This document shows positions 1 to 8,387 of a stretch of DNA of 64,000 nt, in pieces. Both the position numbers and the translations under genes were made by a program. The stretch spans positions 448,001 through 512,000 of the forward strand of contig CAWIBO010000002.1 of the NCBI GenBank assembly GCA_963834385.1, in the 5' to 3' direction. Under the pieces are notes generated by a model, which worked only from the letters and a program-made list of their open reading frames with translations, did not search any database and was not told the origin of the DNA. Source of the DNA: an uncultured Verrucomicrobiae bacterium (GTDB lineage Bacteria > Verrucomicrobiota > Verrucomicrobiia > Chthoniobacterales > UBA10450). Numbering within the stretch: the first letter of the stretch is position 1; each line of letters opens with the position of its first letter.

Positions 1-654
1 GGCGGTGGAGGTGCCGTAGACCATGATGACATCCTCGGAAGACTCGGCGCGCAGGGCGTGCGCCACGCCAGCCGGGATGACCACGCCGACGTTGTTGGGC
101 CCGCGATGGTTGTCGCCTTCGACCAGGAACCGCATGGTGCGCGGCGGCAGGCCGGCGCGGACATCGCGCAGGATCATCTCGACACTGCCCTGGACAAAGA
201 ACATGGCGTCCCATTGTTCCTCGTCGTAAGGGCGCAGCGAATAATCCTCACCGTGCGCCGGAAAGAGGCGCGCAAACCATTTGGCCGGTTCGGTGTCGGC
301 CGGGATGGCGGGTGGATGCACGTGGAAACCCTTGGCCGTCTGCGCGTACATGCGCGCCGTGGCCCATTGCCGCGGCCAGAGCCCGATGCGGCCGAGGACG
401 CCCTCGTCGCGCCGGGCGAATTCGCCGAAGAACCCGCGGTGACGCTGCGGATGGACCGCGCGCGAAAAAATCTCCACGCCGGGGATCCAGGCCTGGCTGA
501 TGACCGGATCGTCGCGGTCGGCCGCGGCGAGAAGCGATGCTTCCACCCCATCCTCCGCGATCTGCCGGGCCAGATCCCGTTTTGCATAATCGCGCGTGCG
601 CAGGGCCTTTTGCGCCGCGCTGCCCAGTCCCCGCCAGAGATTCGAATCGCTCAT
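1..654 (-). CDS. RmlC-like cupin (dTDP-4-dehydrorhamnose 3,5-epimerase family), truncated at the window edge; absent from the ORF track
   Basis: Manual translation from ATG 654: MSDSNLW...IPGVEIFSRAVHPQRHRGFFGEF...KGFHVHPP...QWDAMFFVQGSVEMILRDVR...VVIPAGVAHALRA, matching the RmlC pattern. Frame is open to base 1. Confidence 0.75.
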   Translation of the reverse strand, partial: MSDSNLWRGLGSAAQKALRTRDYAKRDLARQIAEDGVEASLLAAADRDDPVISQAWIPGVEIFSRAVHPQRHRGFFGEFARRDEGVLGRIGLWPRQWATARMYAQTAKGFHVHPPAIPADTEPAKWFARLFPAHGEDYSLRPYDEEQWDAMFFVQGSVEMILRDVRAGLPPRTMRFLVEGDNHRGPNNVGVVIPAGVAHALRAESSEDVIMVYGTSTA

Positions 655-657
655 CGT

Positions 658-2574
658 TCAGTTGCCTAACGAAAAATCGGCCCGCTCGCGAGAGAGATTT
701 GGATGGTAATACGGATCGCGTTCCCAAACCGAACGCCAACGGACCCGCATTCGCGCCAGCATTTCCTCGTCGGGCCGCGGCGCCTCGGGGCGCAGGTGGG
801 TCAGGCGGGCAAACGGCGTGGAGACCACCAGATGGCCGGCCTGCCGGAGTCGCAGACAGTAATCAAGGTCGGCCCAGGCCCCCATTTCCCCGTCAAATCC
901 GCGCACCGAACGAAAAACATCGCGGCGCGTCAGCAGACAGTCGCCGCTGACCGCGCTGTAATTGCGGGTGATGCGCGCCTGCCGGGCCGCACCGGGCGCG
1001 GCCGCCGGAAAGCCGCGAAAGGCATGATCAACGCCGGTCCCGACGGAAAAGACCACGCCGGCATGGTGAATTTCCCCGCCCGGCGTAAGGAGCCGGGCGC
1101 CGACCGCTCCCACCTCGGGCCGCGTGGCCTGCTCGGCCATGTGAAAAAGCCATTCCTCGTCGAGCGGGCGAACCAGCGCCGAACAAAAAAGCAGGAGCGA
1201 AGCGGCGCATCGGTCGACCGCGAGGTTGAACGCCCCCGCCTTTGGACCGGCAAAAGGAAGGGCCGCCGCCGTCTGACCGTGCCCGGCCAGGTTCAGCCGA
1301 TCCAGCACCGCCGCGGAGCCGGTCACAATCACCTCAAACGGGACCGGCCCGCTCCGGCCGCGCAAGCCCGCGAGAAAACCCTCGACCTCGCCCGGCGCCT
1401 CATCGGCATGCACGATCACCGCCGCCCGCGTTTCCACGGGAATTTCGCGCCGGACGCGGTAAGCGTGCGTGGACCAGTCAATCGCGACATGGCCCGCGAC
1501 GCGTGTGCGCTCGAGATGTTCCCGAAGGGCGCGCTGGCCGGCCTCGAGCGCGCCCGGTTTGTGCCTGATGTTGTTCGAGGTGGAGCCTTCGCGCCGCCGC
1601 CAGTGATAGAGCACGTGCGGCAGATGGTGAATGCGGCCGGTCTTCTCGCTCAGGCGCAGGCAGAGATCGTAGTCCTGCGCCCCTTCAAATCCCTCGCGCA
1701 AACCGCCCACTTCCTCGAGGAGCGCGCGGCGGACCACGAGAAGATGCGCGATGTAATTGTAGGAAAGAAAATAGTCGGGCGACCAGTCGGGCTTCAGCAT
1801 CGGTGATTCGAGACCGTGCGCCCCCAGCTTGTCCTCGTCGGAATAGAGAAGGTCCGCGCCCCGCTCACGCTGGAGCAGCTCGACCACGCGGAAAAGCGCA
1901 TCCGGTTCCAGCAGGTCGTCATGATCGAGGAAGGCGACCCATTCGCCCTGCGCCTCGGCGAGGGCACGGTTGGTGGCGGTGCTGATCCCGCCGCTTTGAG
2001 CAAGGCGCTCCTGGCGGATGCGCGGATCGTCGAGGCCGGCCAGGGCCTCCGCCGTGCCGTCGTCGCTGGAGCCGTCATCGACCACGATCCATTCCCAGCG
2101 CGGGTAAACCTGGGCCATGACCGAAGCGGCCGTTTCCCGGAGAAGCGCGCCGGGCGTGTTGTGCACCGGGGTCACGATGCTGAGGAGCGGCCGGAACGGG
2201 AAAAGGGCGGCCTCCTGGCGCATCTCCTCGAGACGTTCCGGGCCGGGGCGATGCCGTTGCAGCCAGGCCTGGTAGGCGGCAATCTCCGGGGGCGCCGGAC
2301 GGTCGGCCTCCGGGGCGGCCCGGCCGAACAGGCGTTTCCACCAGCGGGCGCGGCCCCGCCCGGCGGCGCGCAGCCGCGCCACCTCGATTTTCGCCTTCTT
2401 CAGCTCGAGCAGACGCGTCTCCAGGCCGGCGATGTGCGCCGCGGCTTCCTCCAGCTCGGATTTCCGCACCCGGGCCTGCTGCTGCAGGCGCCGCAGTTCC
2501 TCCTGCCGTTGGTCGGGTTTAGCATCCATGCGCGCGCCCGCAGGCTTCTCCAAAGCGGCGGGCTCGGCTGACAT
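658..2574 (-). CDS. Family 2 glycosyltransferase with two GT2 modules and an N-terminal coiled coil
   Basis: SIVTPVHNT, VDDGSSD, FLDHDDLL, YSDEDK, GAQDYDL and second-module SAVSGDCLL...DLDYCLRL motifs. Confidence 0.9.
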   Translation of the reverse strand: MSAEPAALEKPAGARMDAKPDQRQEELRRLQQQARVRKSELEEAAAHIAGLETRLLELKKAKIEVARLRAAGRGRARWWKRLFGRAAPEADRPAPPEIAAYQAWLQRHRPGPERLEEMRQEAALFPFRPLLSIVTPVHNTPGALLRETAASVMAQVYPRWEWIVVDDGSSDDGTAEALAGLDDPRIRQERLAQSGGISTATNRALAEAQGEWVAFLDHDDLLEPDALFRVVELLQRERGADLLYSDEDKLGAHGLESPMLKPDWSPDYFLSYNYIAHLLVVRRALLEEVGGLREGFEGAQDYDLCLRLSEKTGRIHHLPHVLYHWRRREGSTSNNIRHKPGALEAGQRALREHLERTRVAGHVAIDWSTHAYRVRREIPVETRAAVIVHADEAPGEVEGFLAGLRGRSGPVPFEVIVTGSAAVLDRLNLAGHGQTAAALPFAGPKAGAFNLAVDRCAASLLLFCSALVRPLDEEWLFHMAEQATRPEVGAVGARLLTPGGEIHHAGVVFSVGTGVDHAFRGFPAAAPGAARQARITRNYSAVSGDCLLTRRDVFRSVRGFDGEMGAWADLDYCLRLRQAGHLVVSTPFARLTHLRPEAPRPDEEMLARMRVRWRSVWERDPYYHPNLSRERADFSLGN

Positions 2575-2639
2575 TATAAAGATTGAAGCGGGAAGCAGCC
2601 AAAATTACGGTGCGGCCCGCGACCTCGGTGCGGGACATC

Positions 2640-4547
2640 ATGCTCGATTACGGAGTTTACCTGCTTTATCGCGCGGCCTCCGCCCTGGCCCGGGCCCTGC
2701 CTCTGCGCTGGCTTTACGCGGCCGGCTCCGCGCTGGGGTTCGTCATCTGGCTGGCCCTGCCCTCCTATCGGCAGCTCGCCCGCGACAATTTGCGCCTGGC
2801 CTTTGCCGGGGAAAAAAGCGCGGAGGAACAGCGCGAGATCGCCCGGCGGCATTTCCGCCGCCTGGTCGCCAACGTCATTTGCGGGCTCAAGTTTCCCTCG
2901 CTCACGCCGGAACAGATTCTCGCGCACGTCACGGTGGAGAATGTCGAGGCGATGCACCGTTGCTTCCGGAGCGGGCGGCCCGTGGTGCTCATCCTGAGCC
3001 ACCTGAGCAACTGGGAATTGTTCGCGCAGACCATGCCCCATTTCTTTGGTTACATCCGCGCCAGCACGGTCTTCCAAAAACTGCGTAATCCTTATCTCGA
3101 CCGCCACATCCGCGCCATGCGCGCACGCACCGGCCTGGAGCTGTTTGACCGCAGCGAAGGTTTCCAGGGCACCATCGGCCTGCTGCGCGACGGGGGTGGC
3201 GTCGGCATCCTGAGCGACCAGCATGCCGGCGACCACGGGATCTGGATGCCGTTCTTCGGCCGGCTCGCCTCCACCACGCCGCTCCCCGCCCTGCTCGCGC
3301 GACGAACCGGCGCCGCCGTCATCGCGGCCGCCGTCTACGCGGAAGGATCGGCGCGCTGGCGCATGGTTTTCACCGACCCCATCAATGAAAAAGGAGATTC
3401 CGTCGAGACGCTGACCGCGCGCATGAGCAGCGTGATCGAACAACAGATTCGGCGGGCGCCGGAGGATTGGTTCTGGGTGCACAACCGCTGGAAAACGCCC
3501 AAGCCCGAGTTTCTTCTCTCCCGCTACAAGCGCGGCCTTCATCTGCCCAACGGGATGGAAAAGCTCAAGCCTTTCCGGATCCTGGTCCGGTCACCCAACT
3601 GGCTCGGCGACGCTGTCATGGCGGTGCCAGCCGTGCGCGCCATCAAACGCGGCCGGCCTGATGCTCACGTCACCGTGGCCGTCCCGGCCCGGATTGCGGA
3701 CGTCTGGCGGCTCGTCGACGCGGTTGACGAGATCGTGCCGCTGCCGGAACGAAGCCTGTTCGGGGCCGCCCGTTTGCTGCGTTCGCGCGGACCGTTTGAT
3801 GTCGCGATTTTGTTCCCCAATTCCCTGCGCGCGGCGCTGGAAAGCTGGCTCGCCGGGGTGCCCCGCCGCGCCGGACAACGCGGCCACCATCGCCGGCTGT
3901 TCCTGAATCAGATCATCCGTGAACGGGAATTGCCCGGGCCGCCGCGGCACCAGGCGGACCGTTATCTTCGCATGGTGCACCGACTGGGCGCGCCGACCGG
4001 GGCGGCTGATTTGTTCGCCCCGGCCTCTCCCCCGCCGGCGGCCGCCGGTCCTGCCCGGATCGGATTGTGTCCCGGGGCCGAGTACGGTCCGGCCAAACGC
4101 TGGCTGCCGGAGCGCTTCGCCGACGTTGTTTCCACCCTCTCGGCGGAAAGCGACGCTGAGTGGATGATTTTCGGCACCGCGCGGGACCGACCGGTGGCGG
4201 AAAAGATTGCCGGGCTCGCCCGCGGCCGGATCACCAACCTCGCGGGACGGACCACGCTTGGTGAATTGATCGAGCACCTGCAAAGTTGCCGGGTGCTCCT
4301 GACCAACGACACCGGCACCATGCACCTCGCGGCCCTGCTGGGTGTGCCGACCGTGGCCATCTTCGGCTCGACCGAGCCGCGCCTGACCGGGCCGATGGGC
4401 GGCGGGCACACGGTCCTGCGGCATCATGTCGAGTGCAGCCCCTGTTTTCTGCGCGAATGTCCGATCGATTTTCGCTGCATGAAGGCCGTGACCGCGCCGG
4501 AGGTGAGCGCGGCCGTTCGCGCGCTCCTGGCCGCGGAATCGAAATAG
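2640..4547 (+). CDS. waaF: Fused lipid A acyltransferase (LpxL/HtrB family) and LPS heptosyltransferase II (WaaF, GT9)
   Basis: N-half has SHLSNWEL, LSDQH and PEDWFWVHNRWKT. C-half has RSPNWLGDAVM, PGAEYGPAKRW and TNDTGTMHLAA. Single open frame. Confidence 0.9.
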   Translation: MLDYGVYLLYRAASALARALPLRWLYAAGSALGFVIWLALPSYRQLARDNLRLAFAGEKSAEEQREIARRHFRRLVANVICGLKFPSLTPEQILAHVTVENVEAMHRCFRSGRPVVLILSHLSNWELFAQTMPHFFGYIRASTVFQKLRNPYLDRHIRAMRARTGLELFDRSEGFQGTIGLLRDGGGVGILSDQHAGDHGIWMPFFGRLASTTPLPALLARRTGAAVIAAAVYAEGSARWRMVFTDPINEKGDSVETLTARMSSVIEQQIRRAPEDWFWVHNRWKTPKPEFLLSRYKRGLHLPNGMEKLKPFRILVRSPNWLGDAVMAVPAVRAIKRGRPDAHVTVAVPARIADVWRLVDAVDEIVPLPERSLFGAARLLRSRGPFDVAILFPNSLRAALESWLAGVPRRAGQRGHHRRLFLNQIIRERELPGPPRHQADRYLRMVHRLGAPTGAADLFAPASPPPAAAGPARIGLCPGAEYGPAKRWLPERFADVVSTLSAESDAEWMIFGTARDRPVAEKIAGLARGRITNLAGRTTLGELIEHLQSCRVLLTNDTGTMHLAALLGVPTVAIFGSTEPRLTGPMGGGHTVLRHHVECSPCFLRECPIDFRCMKAVTAPEVSAAVRALLAAESK

Positions 4548-4595
4548 GCGACAAATCCTTTTGCTTTAACCCGGGCCTTTGGAATCATCAGGCCC

Positions 4596-5033
4596 ATGTC
4601 CGAAGAGGAGTTGCAACCGCGCATCGAGACCGAGGTGCAGGTGATGTTTTTCGACACCGACTGTGCGGCGGTGGTGCACAACATCGCCTACCTGCGGTTT
4701 ATCGAGACGGCGCGCACTCTTCTCGCCGGCCAGCTTGGCCTGGGCCTGGCCGAGATGGCAACCAGCGGCCGCTACCCCGTGGTCGTGCGGACCGAGATCG
4801 ATTACCGCAAGCCGGCGAAACTGGCGGACAGGCTGGTGGTGCACGGCTGGCTCGACCGGCTGGAGCGGGTGCGTTTCTGGTGCGGCTTCCGCATTCTCCG
4901 CCCGGCGGACGAAAGCGTGATCGCGGAGTGCCGCCAGATGCTGGCCCTGATCGAAATGCCGGCGGGGAAACTCCTGCGCCTGCCGGAAACGTGGGAAAAA
5001 TTTCGCGGAGCGGATAACAGCGCGGCTGCCTGA
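4596..5033 (+). CDS. Acyl-CoA thioesterase (4HBT/YbgC hotdog fold)
   Basis: V.FFDTDCAAVVHNIAYLRFIETAR motif. Confidence 0.85.
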   Translation: MSEEELQPRIETEVQVMFFDTDCAAVVHNIAYLRFIETARTLLAGQLGLGLAEMATSGRYPVVVRTEIDYRKPAKLADRLVVHGWLDRLERVRFWCGFRILRPADESVIAECRQMLALIEMPAGKLLRLPETWEKFRGADNSAAA

Positions 5034-5036
5034 GCC

Positions 5037-6837
5037 ATGACCACGAGCATTCCGATATTGCGGCCCCACGAGATCATGCTGGAACCGCGCGCGCTGCCGC
5101 CGCCGCCGGTGCGCCATGCCCTCTTTGGCACCTTGCTGGCCGTCTCGATTCTGCTGCATGTCGCGACCGCAGGCTGGGGTGATCTTTACAACGAAACCGA
5201 CGGGCAGTACGCCGGAGCTGCGCGCGAAATGCTGGAGCGAAACGACTGGCTCATGCCCTCCAACAACGGCATTCCGCGCCTGCAAAAACCGCCGCTGGTT
5301 TATTGGATGACGCTGGCGAGCTACAAGCTGTTCGGGGTCAACGAAGCGGCCGCCCGGCTCCCCATGTCCCTCGCCACCGTGGCTACCGTGGCGCTCGTCT
5401 TCCTGATCGGGGAACGCCTGAAGAATCATTGGCAGGGGTTTCTCGCGGGCGTCATCTACCTGTGTTCCGCCGGTACAGTTCCTCCTCAACCGCATCATCA
5501 TGCCGGAACCGGTTTTCACGGCCTGCGTCACGGCCGCCGTCTTTTGCGGCATTGCCGGCTACCAGGCTCGGCGATGGCGACAGCTCTGGTTTGCCGGCGC
5601 CTGGACGGCCGCGGCGTTCGCCTGCCTGGCCAAGGGATTGCACGGCCTGCTTTATCCCGCCGCGATCTTCCTCGTCCTCGCCCTCCCGTATCGCGAGGCC
5701 CGGCTGCGCTTCCGCGGACTGCTGCGCTGGCACCATCTCGCTCTTTTTCTTCTTCTCGTCGCTCCCTGGCATGTCTGGGGCGAGCTTCGTTTTCCCGGTT
5801 TCATCCAGTACGTCACCGGCACCGAATGGATGGGCCATCTCGCGGGCCAGGAGGATGCCACCGACAGTTTCGACGATGTCCCGCGCTGGCAGTTTCTCCT
5901 GCTTCATCTCTTCTGGTGGTTCCCATGGGGTTTCGTCATCGTCCCGGAGGCCATTTATGCGTGGCGCAAGGTGATCCGCCCGCGCGAGATCGATTTCGGC
6001 GACGCGGTGCCCCTCTGCTGGATGGCGGTGGTTTTCCTGCCGCTCCTTTTCATCGGCCAGCGCCAGGATTACTACTCGATGTCCATGTGGCCCGCCTTCG
6101 CCCTCTGGGCCGCCACCGCCTGGGAACGGATCTCCGACAAGGTCCAGCTCGCGTGCTCCGCGGTGCTGGTCGCCCTCGGCACCCTGCTCGCGGCGCTGGC
6201 CGCCGGGCTGCCCCGCCTGCTGCGCGTCAGCGACGAGGAATGGGGCAAGACGGCCGAGCGTTCCACCGCCTGGAACACCCTGCGCGATGTGCCGAATTCA
6301 CAATGGCTCGACCTGCGCTGGCTCCTGATCCTTTCCGCGGTTTCCCTGGGTGTGGCAGGTCTTCTCGCCATCTTCCTTGTCCTGAAAGAGCGCAAGCGCG
6401 CCGCCGTCATCACCATCTCCATTGCCATGGTCCCGATTGGCCTGGCCATGATCGAGGGAGTGGCAAAAATGGCGCCCTATTTCTCCCTGGCCAAGGCCGC
6501 GCGCTACCTGAACACCCACGCCGAGCCCGGGGACGAAATCATGTATGAAGGGGCGCTCCACGTCGGGAGCAGCCTGGTTTTTTATCTCGACCGCAAGTTT
6601 CTCCTGATCGACCAGCCGCCGGAACCGCTGCCACCTTCCCTTCGCGGCAAGGTGGGCACCGATCGTTATGTCTCGGAACGGGGCGTGCTCGAAAAATGGG
6701 GAGAGCCCGACGGAGTTTACCTGATCATTGAACGGCAGCGCGTGCCCCACTGGCAGGAGACTTTGGTGGACCGGTTTCATGTCTTCCGTCAGGTGGCGAC
6801 CTGCGGCACCTACGTGGTCCTGACGAACAAACTCTAG
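5037..6837 (+). CDS. ArnT/GT83-like membrane glycosyltransferase, split by a probable +1 sequencing frameshift near 5477
   Basis: [11 protein letters not shown]...[10 protein letters not shown] in ORF 5037 continues as MPEP...LAKGLHGL...PW in ORF 5500..6837. Confidence 0.85.
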
Positions 6838-7400
6838 GGCGGCAACGGCGCCCGGCGATCTTCGTCGAGGAAACGGGTCCAGAAGCCGCCGTAGGGGTGG
6901 ACTTGGGAGACCGGGCGACCCTCCCGCACCAGCGGCCGGCCTTCATTGGCCCACGCGAAAATCGAGCCGTCCAGGTTGCGCACATTGGCGAAACCAAGCG
7001 CCTGCAAACGCCGGACCATCTCGCCCGAGCGATATCCCACCGCGCAGTAGGTCACGATCGCGGTCTCTTTCTCCACCCCGGCCAAAGTCTCGGCCGGGTC
7101 GCTCCCTGGTTCGATCCGCCGCGCCCCGGGCAGATGGCTGACGGCGAACTCTTCGGCCGTGCGAACGTCCAGCAAAAGCGGCTTGGGCTGCTCGGGGCCC
7201 TCCAGCCACCGCGCCAGTTCCTCCGTCTCGATCCACTCAATCCCGGGAAAACGCTGCTGCAGCGTCCAGCGCAACACCCACCAATCCGCCTTCTGCAGCC
7301 AGAGCAGCGCCGCGCAGACAGCGGCAAAGCCAAGCAGGAAAAGGAGCAGGCGGGCGTTGAACAGGGGCTGGGGCTGGAAACGGCGGGGCGCGATATTCAT
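6834..7400 (-). CDS. Rhodanese-like domain protein with an N-terminal TM helix
   Basis: [39 protein letters not shown]. Confidence 0.9.
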   Translation of the reverse strand: MNIAPRRFQPQPLFNARLLLFLLGFAAVCAALLWLQKADWWVLRWTLQQRFPGIEWIETEELARWLEGPEQPKPLLLDVRTAEEFAVSHLPGARRIEPGSDPAETLAGVEKETAIVTYCAVGYRSGEMVRRLQALGFANVRNLDGSIFAWANEGRPLVREGRPVSQVHPYGGFWTRFLDEDRRAPLPP

Positions 7401-7463
7401 TTGAAATAACCGGGGTTGACGCTACTGTCCCCGCTCACTTTCGCAGGAATCACGGAGCATACT

Positions 7464-7619
7464 ATGTCGCAGCATCGCAGTCTTAAAGGCGCCAGCACCA
7501 TCACCGCCAAGCGCAACGTCCTCAAGCGTTTCGAACGCGTTGAGTTGCTGAAGAAGCGCGGCCAGTTCAAGGACGGCTCCAAGGTCATGGGCCTGCCCAA
7601 GACCAAGCCGGACGTCTAG
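7464..7619 (+). CDS. PVC-superphylum signature small basic protein
   Basis: 51 aa MSQHRSLK...RNVLKRFERVELLK...GLPKTK, located next to an rRNA pseudouridine synthase. Confidence 0.85.
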   Translation: MSQHRSLKGASTITAKRNVLKRFERVELLKKRGQFKDGSKVMGLPKTKPDV

Positions 7620-7655
7620 GAACGTCGCGCCGGCATCGCCGGGACCTCTTTTCCG

Positions 7656-8387
7656 GTGCGCCTGAACCGCTACCTCGCCGCCGCTGGCATCGCTTCCCGG
7701 CGCGATTGCGACGAACTGATCGCCTCCGGCGCCGTCACCATCAACGGCCGGGTTTGCACCGATTTCAGCGTGCAACCGGCCGCCGAGGACCATGTCAAAG
7801 TTCGCGGAAAACTGGTGCGGCTTGACCCGCCACGACATCTGATCATGCACAAGCCGCGCGGTTACGTTTCCACCCGGGAAGATCCACGCGCCACCCGGAC
7901 GATTTTTGCGCTGCTCCCGGCCAGGTTCCCGCGCGTATTTCACGTGGGCCGTCTCGACGCGGCCAGCGAAGGCCTTCTTCTCCTGACCAATGACGGCGAC
8001 CTGGCCCAGCGACTCACGCATCCGCGGCACAAGATCGAGAAGGAATATGAAGTCATCCTCGACCGGCCGTGGGACCCGTCGCTCTCCCAAAAACTGGTGC
8101 GCGGCATCAACCTCGATGATCAGCGCGCATTCGCTCTGCGGGTGCAGCAGCTTGGCCCTTTCAAGCTTCGTCTTGTCCTGACCCAGGGACTCAACCGACA
8201 GATTCGCCGGATGCTGCACGCGCTCGGCTATGAGGCAAAACGACTGGTGCGGATACGTCTCGGTCCTCTCACTCTCGCCGGCGTGGCCCCCGGCCAGTGG
8301 CGTCCCCTGACCCAGCGGGAGCTGGCCGCGCTGCGGGGAGAGCGTACCGCCAGCGCGGCCGTCAGGCGGACTCCGCCCGCAGAATAA
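7656..8387 (+). CDS. rRNA pseudouridine synthase (RluB/RsuA family)
   Basis: S4 domain RLNRYLAAAGIASRR, catalytic VGRLD, GLNRQIRRM. Confidence 0.92.
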   Translation: MRLNRYLAAAGIASRRDCDELIASGAVTINGRVCTDFSVQPAAEDHVKVRGKLVRLDPPRHLIMHKPRGYVSTREDPRATRTIFALLPARFPRVFHVGRLDAASEGLLLLTNDGDLAQRLTHPRHKIEKEYEVILDRPWDPSLSQKLVRGINLDDQRAFALRVQQLGPFKLRLVLTQGLNRQIRRMLHALGYEAKRLVRIRLGPLTLAGVAPGQWRPLTQRELAALRGERTASAAVRRTPPAE

